This document shows positions 33,998 to 46,133 of a stretch of 64,000 nt of DNA, in pieces. Origin of the DNA: Selaginella moellendorffii (lineage: Eukaryota > Plantae > Lycopodiophyta); assembly GCF_000143415.4 (NCBI RefSeq), contig NW_003314267.1:3017839-3081838 (forward strand), in the 5' to 3' direction. Below the pieces are notes generated by a model, which was not told where the DNA came from, made no database searches, and saw nothing but the letters and a program-made list of their open reading frames with translations. Position 1 is the stretch's first letter, and each line of letters opens with the position of its first letter. A program made the position numbers and the translations under genes.

Positions 33998-36888
33998 ATG
34001 AAGAAGAGGCGATGGCTGGAGCGCGATGGCGATGGCGATGGCGATGGCGCCACCGGGCAGTCGTCTGAGGATTGCATGGTGCTGGTCGCGGATCCAGAGG
34101 TGAGAATGCGCTCCATCGCGATCTCTGGAATGATTGCCGGGGCGCGCGGTGCTCAGCTGGGGCCTGTGAGGGAGGCAATGCAACGGAGGCTGTGGGAGGA
34201 GCAGGAAATATCGGTGGTCCAGCAGATTGTCACCGCTCTCTCGTCGATCTTCGCGGATGAAACGACCACGTCGTGCTTACAGAGGTACTATCTCTTAGAT
34301 GGCTGCCCCGAGCCGATCAAGATTCGCATCCTCGCGTCCCTCGTTCGGATTTGCAAGACGAGCAACGAGCATTCGGAGGTGGTGGCGGCACTCCAGCCGG
34401 CCTTGTTGCAAGATCTTTACGGGAAGAATCCGGTGCTTAGAATGTGGGGCTTGAAGTTCGCGACGAAGTTCTTTGAGCAGCAACGAAACAAGAGCTGGAT
34501 CATCGCTGCGCTGCACAAGAGATTTTTTGATACTCATGCTTTCGTGAGGAAAGCTGCCTTGGATGCTGTCATCTCCCTCGACGCGGTGGGATTTAGCTTC
34601 CTCGATGGTTTGAATGCTATTGCGCTCCGGCTCTTGGAGGATCACGTCTCGGAGTCCGTTCGACTGTCCGCCATGGAGCTTGTAAGTTTGTTTGCAATTT
34701 CCTTGTCCTCTGATATATCTCGTTTACTTTGGGCAGCTCCGGCTATGGGTGATGGAAGTTCAAGCTGGAGAAATCACGGCATCGCAACAACGCGAGATAA
34801 ACTATACTTATCTAGAGGTAAGTCTTTTGCGCTCTCGATTAGAACTTTCAAGACGTCACTACCCAGATTTGCACCATGCTCACAGACCCGTGCACGCGAG
34901 TAAGGAAAGAAGCTTGCCGTGTGCTTGGCACTATGACATCAGTAAGCCAGAAAATTAAGTTGCATTCGGTGAACAAGAAGTCAGTGCTAGTCACCAGTGG
35001 TGATCCTTTGATCTCGTGCAACATTAATGGTAAATCGCCACGGACGGCAATTGTGGCGGGTGCTTTTGTTTCTGCTGTCGAGGATGAGTTCCCAGAGGTA
35101 GTGGACTTTCTTTTATCTTTCTTATTACCATCTCGTGTTCGCGTGTCCGCAGGTGAGATCTGCTGCTGTGCAAGCTCTTTCCAGCTTGAGTCTGGGTTCT
35201 AAAGAAGTCGCAAATGCCGGTGTACTTGGGCTTTTCCTGGACATGTTGAACGACCAAGATCCCGCCGTTCGCAGGGCTTCGATTCAAGCGCTATATGACC
35301 TTGCTGGCTGTGGCGTTTTCTGCGTGGAAGACAAACATCTGCGTGTGGTATGTGAAATTGGTCTTTTTTGCTACATGGTTATCACATCACTGATGTTCCA
35401 GATTACTGCTACGCTGGAAGACCAAAACAACGAGCTCCGACATGCGGGTCTAAAACTTTTGTCTTCCTTGAAGCTCCCGACGCTTGTCATGTTCGAGTCT
35501 GCAGTTCAAACTTTGATGAAGTGCTTAGATCGTCATCCGCAGGTGCCTTTGGTATCTTAATTTCTTTACATGACACTCGATGCTTCAGGATAGGAAGAAC
35601 GTCTATGAGGCGCTATTATGCCTGGGGAAAGGACACGGCTCTCATGTAGAGGCTCTAAAGTCTGAGCTTTTGACTCAGGTAGCAAGCTTCTTCTTGGAAC
35701 AATGCTACTAACATGTCTTTTCGCAGGTTAAGTTCGTTGTGAATGGAGAGAAGGGGTTAGATGATCCCAGGTTAAAAGCTATCCTGAACCTTTGCTTGCC
35801 AGCATTGCGATCGACAGGCTGGATTTCTTCGTTGCTTCCCAGTGAAATGCTCTCCTGCAAACGAATTACGGATTTTACAAAAGAGCATGCCCCTGCTGAA
35901 TCTGGTGACAGTTCCAGTACGGTGTTGATTATGGTGCAGCAAGCTATCAAATGTGCTCTACGCGCAGGGAGCGTTTCAAACGACAACCAAAGAGAAACCA
36001 TCCGGTAAAGAACATCTCGTCTGGATTGTTCACGCTAACCTGTCAAATTGTATCTCCAGCGGCTGCAAGAAGTCCTTACTAGTACTGGAGCGCACTTCGC
36101 TCGTCAATTTGGGACTGCTGTACATGGACTGCCTCCAATTGGTCGCACAAAAAAACTCGGCAAAAGAACCTGACCATCAGAAGCTTGGCTCGGTACTAGG
36201 ACGCATGCAAACCTGTTTCTCTGGATTCTCAGCCTCAGGTGCTCTACAGTTGCTGGAGCTCAACGCGTTTTATATTGTCATCCAGGTGGAAGACGACTCC
36301 GAGCTCGTCCAGCGCTTCTCTCAGCTGGCTTCAATAGTCGAGGAAAGTAAGAGCTTGTCGAGCACTTCGGTAGCGTCGTTTTCGCTCTTGCAAGCAGTGG
36401 AGGAAAGTTTACGCAGTCAATCAGATCCGGAGAACGTGAGCACTCTCAAGGCAGCTGCTGCTTCTTTCTGGCCGAAGCATGATATTGTCAGTGCCAGTGT
36501 CGAGGAAATGCGAGCCGATCTCGCAGTAAATTCCAGCAGCTTTGAGCACCGGCTGAAAGTTTTGATGGCGAAGTATCCTTTTCACTTCACTGCGAGCGGT
36601 GCTGTGCATCACATTACAGCCGGAAGTAGAATCTGGGTACAGATGGAGCTGGAAGGATTCCCGTCGCAGTACAGGTGCTTGGAGCTCGAAAGGAAATCCA
36701 AGGAAGACAAGTTAGTCGAGTTTAGCGAAGAGCTCGGCTTTTACAACGTGCCATCGGTTAGCAAAGCGGCCTTACGAGTTTCCATCGTTGTGGAACTTGC
36801 AAAGGGGAAGCTTTCGGCTCTGCGCGGCCCTCAAGCTTGTCTAGCTCCAATCTCTCCGGAACGAGTCATCTATCTCGAGGGAAGTTAA
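33998..36888 (+). CDS. SIEL: SIEL / Integrator subunit 4-like HEAT-repeat protein, multi-exon
   Basis: HEAT repeats (D.HAFVRKAALD, D.SESVRLSA); AGAFVSAVEDEFPE|VRSAA; LDMLNDQDPAVR. Confidence 0.82.
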
Positions 36889-36919
36889 GCAAAAGGTTCT
36901 CTCGTCCATATTATTCTTC

Positions 36920-39581
36920 TCAAGTTTTTCCAGTCGCTATACACGTCCTCGTCAAGGAACGAACTCTATACGAGAGGCGGATCAACACTACAGACAGCGT
37001 CCGGTAGAAAATTGCCATCCCGGCGAGAATGAGAAGACTCCACCACTTTCCGGGGCTTGCGGGAAAGTTGTACTCGCCGTAGACAATGTAAGCTCCGGTG
37101 TGACCACCGTAGCGAGACCCCAGGAACTCGTTTTGAAACATTCCCTGTGAAAGTAACCCACACATCAACAATCCTTGGAATCCTGGAAGAAATCTTTTTA
37201 CCCGCAGCGAGTGTGCATGGAACGAAATGTAAGACGATGGATACTTCCAAAACGCCTTCGGCAGATTGTTGTCGTGACGAACGTATCCTCCGACCAGCAT
37301 GAACAGCACCTGTGATCGTTGCAAAGAGTTTTAAGAAAACAACTTGGAAATGTGGAAGACTGCTCTGCAAACCTGGACGCACGATCCTAGTATCATTCCA
37401 GTGTAGGCGTTTGGAACAATGCAAGAGATGGCCATCATGAGGCTCTCGCTGACGATCAAGCTGAGGTACAAGTTGACGACGAAGTAGATGAACTTGAGTG
37501 CTCCAGAGTGGAGACCCGCCAGGAAGTACATGCTGCAAAGCGGGACGAGGGAGATGAGTAACAGGAATGGAAGCGACGCGATTGAGTTGGCAACGACGAA
37601 GTTGGCGACGCCGTAGTGACAATTAACCATTTCTCTCACGTGCATCTGATGTAAATAAAATAAAATACTTCAGCCACCTCTTAGTTTATGTTTCCAGTTC
37701 GTCTACCTTGACCTCGTTGTACATGTAAGGCACGCCTCCAACAGACAGGTATATCATTCCTTCGAGAGCGAGAAAGATGCACGCTGCTCTGGCCTGTGGG
37801 GGAGGGGGGGACAACAGCGAGGATTGGAATATCAAAATTTTCGGATCAAACCTCTATAGAGCTCTTCGAGTGATCCAGTCTCAGGAAAATTGTGCCGATT
37901 GAAAGCATGTACAGGAACGAGAGAAGTATCCGGATCCAGTAAAATCCAAGAGCTCTCGTTGTGTTCAGCAACGATCTGTAGCTTAGAGTGAAAAATTCAG
38001 AGCGTGAGGCAGGACGCTTTATCCTGTTCACCAGTACTCCTCCTTTCTGCATCACGTAACAGTGTGTTCTCAGCGTTAGTATATAAACATAGAAAGCCCT
38101 CGAAGTTTTAAATAAGTCTTGCCTTCTTGACAAGCGTATTAACTTTACAGACCAATGCTGCATTGAAATCGGAGCTTTGATAGGACGCTGATAGGAAATT
38201 AACTATCTGGTGATGGTCCTCCTTTGCAAAAGCTTCAGCTTTTTCCGCGTCCTGCACGGATTGATTAATACATGCCTTACGAGAATGAGAAACAGGGTCC
38301 TAATACCTGAACGTAAAGAAATGGAGCACGAAGCTTCTCGAATTCGGCACCGATCGTATAAAGGAAGTGATCACTAGGATTATGATTAGGCGGGCAAGGA
38401 AATCCCGCCGTGGAGAAGTGCTGAAGAAAAACCACGTAAGTAACATACAGATATGTTTGAGATGTTTACCTCCACTGCTGCGATGTTGTCACCAAAAAAC
38501 ACCATTTTCCCATTGCTTAGCAAGCACAAATCATCCAGAAGTTCATAAACCTGGCTGGAGACATGCTCAGTGCACATAATGACAGTAGCTCCACCTCTGG
38601 CCAATCCCTTCAGCTTGATAAGCAAGGAGAGCACAGAAGCTCTAAGAACGTAATATGAGTAACTTAAAACCAACAAATATTTGAGAAGTAAAACATACCC
38701 CTCCAGGCCTTTGAATGCATCATCAAAGTAAATCAAGCTGGGACCAATAAGCAGTTCCACTGCAAGGTTGACAAGTCTTCTTTCACCCCCACTGATTCCC
38801 TTGTGAGGGCACTTTCTAACATATCTGTAGGCCAACTCAGTGAGACCCATTTCTGACATTACGTGCTCTGCCACCGCCAACTTCTCTTTACGGGGAAGGT
38901 TAGACGGAAGTCGCAAAAACGCAGACAGAATAAGGTGTTCTTTGACGGTAAGACTGTCTGGAAGAACTTCATCGTCCGGAGTGAGAAACGTCTGAAACAA
39001 ACAGCAATTCGTGAGGGAAAAAGCAGAAAACAGTCAGCATACAAGAAATTTGTGTGGCTTTGCCAGTATATGCAATGCTAGAGGAGAACCTGAGGATTAG
39101 AAAGCATACAGAAGTGCCATATGTGAGCTGCTGCCTTCTTCCATTGATTCGAATGTCGCCTTGGTACTTTGCTTTGCGACATAGCCTCCCTGCAAACACA
39201 CAAGGAAGCGAGGTGTGAGAAAACCGATGAAACTCTAGTAACACCAAAAGCTCTACCGGAAAGCGCTCGAAGTAGAGTAGATTTCCCGGATTGAGAAGGA
39301 CCCATGATAGTAAGCATTCTGTATGGCTCTGCATACCCTGCGACTCCATCCAAGACGACCTGAGGGGACGAACTGCGCTGCTCAAAACTCACAGTGACAT
39401 CTTTCCAGGACAAGCTCGCAGCCGACTCTGTATCGACTTGGGAGAGTGGTATGGAGGACGCACTCTCTGGAGGTGGACTAGTGATGGGGCTGGCCTGGCT
39501 TGTCAGCGGAGATGGAGAAGGCTGATACTGAATGCTGTACTGCCGCAAAGGTAAATTATCACCAGTAGGACTCTGCGCCAT
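36920..39581 (-). CDS. Half-size ABCG (WBC-type) transporter with degenerate nucleotide-binding site, multi-exon
   Basis: LSWKDVTV, Walker A GPSQSGKST, signature ISGGERR, NBD-TMD order, REMVNCHYGV, FWKYPSSYISFH. Confidence 0.93.
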
Positions 39582-40339
39582 GTTGAAGCCAGTTGCTTGA
39601 GCTGAAAGTCTGTTACTCCAGTTTTCTGCTGCTTCCCTGTTTGCTGGAGAATGCTGGGCAATTCCTAAAGTGGCTCGCCTCTAACAGACACTTCCTTCGC
39701 CTGTTATCTGGGAGCTTCACTCCATCCTTCCAATCACTCCGTGTTTGAAGATCCTTCATATCTTCCATTCTTATGAGCAACCAGCCGCATTTATCTGAAA
39801 GTGCCAAATGCCAGCTTGAGTCCACAAGTGAGCGACTTCCCTCCGGTTATCCAAATAATATCCTCCATCGTAACTGTTAGCATGCCCCTGATAAGACACC
39901 AGCCTTCTTTCCAAAAGGCTGGCAGATGTCGAGACAGAGACAATGGTCTTAATCCCTGCTTTTGAATGACGCGTTGTTTTCTTCTTTTCAATCGAGAAAC
40001 TTTGCCTGTCCGTGTGAATGGAAAAAATAAACCTTCCATCCCTGTCTATCTGACACAAGGATTGACATACGCACCTGTTGGCCTTTACTCACCACCACCG
40101 CAGTTTTACAGAACAATTCGGCAGCGGCACCCGGAGAATTATCCGCTGTCTCAAAATTCACGAGCAGCGTTTTCTTGACTTCACTTCATTACGTACATCT
40201 GGTGAATTAGTACCTGATAATCTGGCCTGCAGAACTTAGAGAAACATCTAAATTCTTACAGCTCACAGTTTCTTACCAGGTCTACCAGCCGCACAAAATA
40301 CAAGAAAGGTATATTGTACACGGTCGAACTTGAAAATGC

Positions 40340-42317
40340 TCACGAATCCATGTCATGGTCATTATCGTTGTCGCCATCGTAAAACTCTTCGTCACGCTGC
40401 ACACTTTTATCTTGCGTATGTTCTGCAGACAAAGCTCGAAAATAAGACTACTGACAAATGCTATACACCAAACTTACGGTCTAGTCGCTCATCGGGATTA
40501 AAATCCTCCTCGTCGAAGTCTGGGAAGTAGGTGTCTGGCGGAACCTGACCCAGATTTTAGAAAGGAGAAACACTAACACACTCGCACAAAAAAACAAATA
40601 AAATAAAATAGAAACATGTAGTACCTCATGCATCTGAACCCCTGGAGCATGCTGTATATGACGAAGATTTTCCAGCACTTGCATTTTTATGGCGCTGAGA
40701 TAAGCCTTTGTATTCAAGTTATCCTATATACAAACATGCATTAGGCCGATAAAATTTTCCATATCATTCTTGAATTACCAGGTTGAGTCCGTGATTGGTT
40801 TTCAAGGTGTAGTCGGGCTTGAAATACTTGATATAATCGTTGGACGGTATTTCTGTAAGCCACGTTCATGTAAAGGAAAAAAAAAGATTAATCTGGCATA
40901 CTTACCATTCGGAAGCTCCGTATCCAAAAGCACACCCGTTTCCACGGTCCAGCAACGCGCAACATTTTCCTTGGTGTATCCTCCTCCACCGGTTACCTTA
41001 AAAACCAAGTGAGCTTTGCAAGAGCAAAAAGAAACGGTCCAAAGCATACCAGGAGAGGAATGCCAAGTTTCTTCACAAAATTCACGCACTCCGCATGCCC
41101 TGTTAGAATACGTAAGCAAATGTAAGACTGAAGTTGGGAAATAAAACCTTGAATGGAAAGATTAAAGCATCCTAGGCGATCTCCAGCAAGCGAATCAGCT
41201 CCACATTGCAGCACCACCGCCCCAGGTTGATAGAACTCAACGACTTTTGATATTACTACTCGAAACAGCCGTATGAAGCTTGAGTCGTCTATTCCATCTT
41301 TAAGAGGAACATTAACAGCGTAATATTTCCCTTCTCTCTCTCCAACATCCTGAAACGGTAACAATCAAAACACGTACAAAGTAAGGAGACACACCGACCT
41401 TCACGTCCCCAGTTCCAGGAAAGAAATAATCACCGAACTTGTGAAAGCTCACAGTCATTACTCTGAAACGATGGAGACGGCGTGAGCATATAGCAAAGCT
41501 AGAAAGCGCAACAAACCTGTCAGTGAGGTAGAAGGCTTCTTCAACGCCGTCTCCATGGTGAATATCGATATCTATGTATAGCACTCGCGGGAAGTACTTC
41601 AGAAGCTCCAAAATCCCAAGAACCAAGTCATTGACATAGCAGAATCCCGATGCCTCGCACTTCTTGGCGTGGTGCAAGCCTCCGGCCCAGTTGATTGCAA
41701 TGTCGCAGAGTCCGTGATTAAGCCTATGTGCAGCATCTGCTTAGCATTTTTCCACCATGGAGCATTTATCAGAGAGCAAGAGAGAAGAAGAGACGTACCA
41801 ATGGTACCACCCGCGTAAATCTGGCAGAACTCGAAGAGGTTGTCAAAGACTGGACAATCTTCTCCCATGTTATCTACATCGCACACACATCTAGAAAATC
41901 AAGCGACAGAAAAATCAAAGGAAGATCTTACACATAAGAAGCTCTTTCGCGTATTGGTCTTGCATTTCTGGAGTTATTCTGTGAAGAAAATCAATGTAGT
42001 CTGTAGAATGGAACTGCGCAAGCTCCGCGGGATAAGCTTTCCGAGGTCTCTGTCGAAAGAAAGAAAAAAAATGCATCATCACCAGACGAAAAAAAGCAAA
42101 GAAAACGTACATAGATTTCCATCTTGTTGTGGAGGCCATAAGCTAGAACAAGGCTATGCGTCATACACAAGCGATGGGGCTTCATCGGATGATTCGGTCC
42201 ATAGTAGACGCTTCCAACATCACCTGGAAGGAATCTCGCGAAATCCGTGAGCCGCGAGAGCTGCGTAACGCGCTTACCGTCGTAGAAGTAGGACACTCGA
42301 TCCTTCGCCGGTGGCAT
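40340..42317 (-). CDS. HDA9: Class I histone deacetylase, HDA9/HDAC3-like, multi-exon
   Basis: [10 protein letters not shown]|[22 protein letters not shown]; [16 protein letters not shown]; [14 protein letters not shown]; [16 protein letters not shown]; C-terminal [12 protein letters not shown]. Confidence 0.95.
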
Positions 42318-42409
42318 CGATCGGCCGAAGCGCTTTGGCGCGCCCTAGCGCCTAGACAGAAACAAAAACCCTACACTAGTAATAGGTCAAGCAAAGCTCT
42401 CACATTTTT
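42318..42409. promoter_or_regulatory. 92-bp divergent intergenic region HDA9/NTR
   Basis: Head-to-head ATGs at 42317 and 42410; AAACCCTA telo-box-like motif. Confidence 0.55.
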
Positions 42410-43559
42410 ATGCGAAGCAGTCTCTCCGCGTTCTTCCGGAGCTTGTGCTGGCGCCAGGGCCGCCGCGCCGCCCCATTCTCATCCTCGCCACCACGAATGG
42501 ATGCGCCGCCGCCGCTGCCACAGCTCCAAACACCGGTATGTATCATTGGATCCGGCCCCGCTGCCCACACAGCCGCGATCTACACCTCCCGCGCGGAGCT
42601 CCAGCCGATCCTCTTCGAGGGATGGATGGCGAACGGCGTAGCGGCGGGCGGGCAGCTCACGACAACGACGGATGTGGAGAATTTCCCCGGGTTTCCACAG
42701 GGCATCATGGGAGGGGAGCTCACGGAGAAGTTTAGAGAGCAGAGTCGCCGGTTTGGGACGAGGATCTTCACCGAGACTGTGGACAAGATCGATCTCTCTA
42801 AGCGGCCGTTCGAGATCTCCAGCGAGGAGAGGAAAGTCCTGGCGGAGACTGTGATCATCGCTACCGGAGCTATTGCCAAGAGGCTCGACTTCACAGGCTC
42901 GGGGGAAGGAAGTGGTGGATTCTGGAACCGCGGCATCTCGGCGTGCGCTGTTTGCGATGGAGCGGCTCCACTCTTTCGAAACAAGCCCCTGGCAGTGATC
43001 GGAGGTGGCGACTCCGCCATGGAAGAGGCTTCGTTTCTCACGAAGTATGGCTCCAAGGTCTACATCATCCATCGCAGGGACGAGTTTCGAGCCAGCAAGA
43101 TCATGCAAAAGAGAGCTTTCGACAATCCAAAGATCGAAGTTCTTTGGAACACCACCGTGGTGGAGGCCGTTGGTAACGAGAGTGGCAGCCTCGCGGGGCT
43201 CAAACTCAAGAACACCGTGACGAACGCTTTGACGGACCTCCAAGTTTCGGGATTGTTTTTCGCGATTGGGCACGAGCCGGCCTCAAAGTTTTTGGGTGGT
43301 CAGCTCGACACAGACAAAGAAGGATATATACTTACTACTCCAGGAACCACAAAGACCAACATTCCTGGTGTGTTCGCTGCTGGGGACGTCCAAGACAAGA
43401 AGTATAGGCAAGCGGTGACTGCTGCCGGTACCGGTAAGTTTTATAATCTCTTTCTTTTGTGATCACTGCTAAACTTTTCGATTCACAGGATGCATGGCTG
43501 CACTGGACGCGGAACACTTCTTACAGGAGTATGGAGTCCAGCAGGGAAAGTCGGATTGA
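42410..43559 (+). CDS. NTR: NADPH-dependent thioredoxin reductase (NTRA/B type); intron 43434-43488
   Basis: [16 protein letters not shown] redox centre, [26 protein letters not shown], exon 2 [12 protein letters not shown]. Confidence 0.97.
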
Positions 43560-43842
43560 CAATCACAGGGCTCTAGCCGCCTATAAGCTCGCAAAAACGG
43601 TCTAGTTTTTCTAAGGAGGCACTCTTTCATTGTTTGCTCCTCTTCCTTCTCTTTTTGTTACGAGGAGAGAGGTTTCTGGCTTTTGAACGAATTCTTCTTA
43701 GTTTTCTAACTCCTTTTCCCAAAGCTACTGGTAAGTAACGTGTGATTCGATCTTTCTGACAGTTCGGTGTTTACATTCCAGGCAAAAAGACTGGCTTGTT
43801 ACATACAGTTATATGGCTTATATATTTTATAAGTCGATGGAA

Positions 43843-45360
43843 TCAAGTGCATTGCCTGGGAGCAAAACCAACCCGAGACGAATCCAGATCAATGGCGACA
43901 CGCATAGTCTGCTGCTGGATGTTCCCGATAATGGACAGATCCAACGAAGTCTTCGAGAAGGCAAAGCAAAACGTCCCGGACGTGTCAACCGGCACCAAGT
44001 AGTTACTCGGCGGCAACTGGACGCTCGCCCCGCCTTCGAAGTGGAAAGACACAGTCGGGATGGTGACGGAGGTCAGGGCCGAGAAGTCATAGCACGTATC
44101 AAATAGCGAGAAGTCGGCTGCCCGAGGCAACTTCTGCGTCGCCGACCGGAACGCGTCCCTCATGACCGTATACGCGTACGTCGGCAGCCGGGTGACGGAG
44201 GTGCCCGAGTCGATGATCACGCCCCCGCGTCCGGTGCTGCTCGAGAGCTTGAAAGCCGTGGAAGGGATGGACAGAAGCGTACCTCCGATGCTGATCCCGG
44301 ACAGGCCAGCGTAGTAGAAGGTGTCGAGCTTGGGATTCTTGAGCAGCTGCGTGTAAGCAAACGAGGCCGAGGTGGGAAGAGCCGAGTCCCCGAAGAGCAG
44401 CGCGCTCGAGGCCCGGACGCCATTGTCGCGGCTGACGAGACAGTAGGAGAACTTCCGGCTGGAGAGCTGGGATGGAAACGAGAGCTTCCCAGCGCCGAGG
44501 CCGAGAAGCCCCGCGGCGCCAACGAAGAGTCCCTCGTTATCGTGGCCACAGCCGAAGACCACCGGGCTCGTTCGGCCTCGGCTAACCAAGAAGGAGTCCG
44601 AGGCGAGGTCCCCGACCGTGAAGGAGCCATCGCCGTACGAGACCTGGTAGAGGCAGCGATTGTCCGTACTCGCGCAAGCTTTGACGTCGAGGAGCTTGCA
44701 CTGCGGCGTGGAGCACGAGAGGCGGCGGAAGGAGGAGGACGCGCGTGGATCGAAGACGGCGTCGTTTTGCTTGTAGCAGCTCTTGCAAGGCGAGCACTGG
44801 ATCCAGGGGACGTCGCTGCCGGTGTCCATCACCAGGTACTGGAGCTTGGTGGGCGATCCAATGCCGACGCGCACGAAGTACTCGCCGGATCCAAACGCGA
44901 GGCCGGACGTGACCTGGCTGCCCGAGGAGGAATCGGCCTCGGATTGCGAGAAGACGGTGGCGGGCGACGAGGATGCGTTGTGGACGAGCGTGAGATCGCG
45001 GTGCTTGACGCCGTTGAGCGCCATTTCGAGGCGCTGAGCGATGGCTTCCACGCGCGCGGCGTCCATCTTGAGCCGCGCCTCGAGCGCCTCGCGGTGGGAT
45101 CTGGTGGAGTGCGCGGAGAAGTGGCTCGAGTGGACGATGGACATCACCTCTTCTTCCTTCTCCGCTACTGCATTCTTCTCCTCCTCGTCGATCGCTCCTT
45201 TGGCCGGACGATGGAGGAGAGATTGGCGCACCGCGTCCACGTCCAGCACTGTGGATTCGTGGCTGCTCTTGAGCAATCGACCGCTGCTACCGGCAATCGC
45301 AATTGGCGTCGATCCGGCGAGGAAGAGAAGAAGAGCAAGCGCCAGCATGCACGACGCCAT
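43843..45360 (-). CDS. Secreted A1 aspartic protease (nepenthesin/ASPG1-like), intronless
   Basis: Signal peptide; SGLAFGSGEYFVRVGIG; DTGS and DSGT catalytic motifs; SIIGNIQQQ. Confidence 0.97.
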   Translation of the reverse strand: MASCMLALALLLFLAGSTPIAIAGSSGRLLKSSHESTVLDVDAVRQSLLHRPAKGAIDEEEKNAVAEKEEEVMSIVHSSHFSAHSTRSHREALEARLKMDAARVEAIAQRLEMALNGVKHRDLTLVHNASSSPATVFSQSEADSSSGSQVTSGLAFGSGEYFVRVGIGSPTKLQYLVMDTGSDVPWIQCSPCKSCYKQNDAVFDPRASSSFRRLSCSTPQCKLLDVKACASTDNRCLYQVSYGDGSFTVGDLASDSFLVSRGRTSPVVFGCGHDNEGLFVGAAGLLGLGAGKLSFPSQLSSRKFSYCLVSRDNGVRASSALLFGDSALPTSASFAYTQLLKNPKLDTFYYAGLSGISIGGTLLSIPSTAFKLSSSTGRGGVIIDSGTSVTRLPTYAYTVMRDAFRSATQKLPRAADFSLFDTCYDFSALTSVTIPTVSFHFEGGASVQLPPSNYLVPVDTSGTFCFAFSKTSLDLSIIGNIQQQTMRVAIDLDSSRVGFAPRQCT

Positions 45361-46093
45361 TGAATTCTCTTCCTAGCGCCTTCTATCCGCGACTGATTGA
45401 TCCGAGCGAGCTCGGCCTAGCACTAATGATTGGAATGGAAGCAATGCATCGATTCAATGATCTCAAATTCTCTCCGCCAGGGCGGGCATGCATTCACTCT
45501 CTCGCCAGGATCAGCTTGGGAGGAGCTGCCGCTGCCCTGCACCCAGGCTTTACAAAGGAGAAAGAAGGGGTATTTTCTTACTGTACACCAGTACGGAGGT
45601 ATACGGGCTTGACCCGATTCGATCCCGTGACCCCTGCTTTTGTTTAAAACCTCTTTGGAGTCTTCAAACAAATGGAGCGACCACAAATCTGGTCTTCGCC
45701 TTTGGATTTGTTAACGAATTTCTTGGATTTTTTCCTGGCACCGCTATTGAGAATCGTAACCAAACCACCACTTTGGCCAAGCTTTTTGTTAAAAATACAA
45801 TGATCCATCATAGCTTTTGTATAAGCGGTTGCTCCTTTGCTTTGCTTCCACCTTTGTGGATGAGAGGCTTCCAAAAGGGAAGTCTTGATAAAAGGCGAAG
45901 GTGGTGGGCTTTGTAAAGCTGGAAATGGGGAGGGCCCGTGAGGAGCAGCAGAGATAATGCAGAGCTCCAGCTGGTTTCACAGTCAGGCCTCGCGCGCAGG
46001 CTAATGAATGAATGCAAAGGAGGAAAAAAATGGCTCACGCACCATCGTCAAATCCACCAACAGCACCTCTCCTATGTGCCAAGAAATGAAAAA

Positions 46094-46133
46094 GCTGCTG
46101 CTGCTGCTGCTGTTCCTGTTGCTGCTGCTGCTG
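46094..46133. repeat. Interrupted (CTG)n microsatellite
   Basis: GCTGCTGCTGCTGCTGCTGTTCCTGTTGCTGCTGCTGCTG. Confidence 0.9.

Noticed and set aside
45048-45059. TTGAGCCGCGCC resembling the miR171 core
   Set aside because: Only 12 nt, inside a CDS, with no precursor hairpin and a mismatching remainder.
42479-45363. Long antisense ORFs (42479-43273, 44542-45363)
   Set aside because: Shadows of GC-rich coding sequence of NTR and the aspartic protease.
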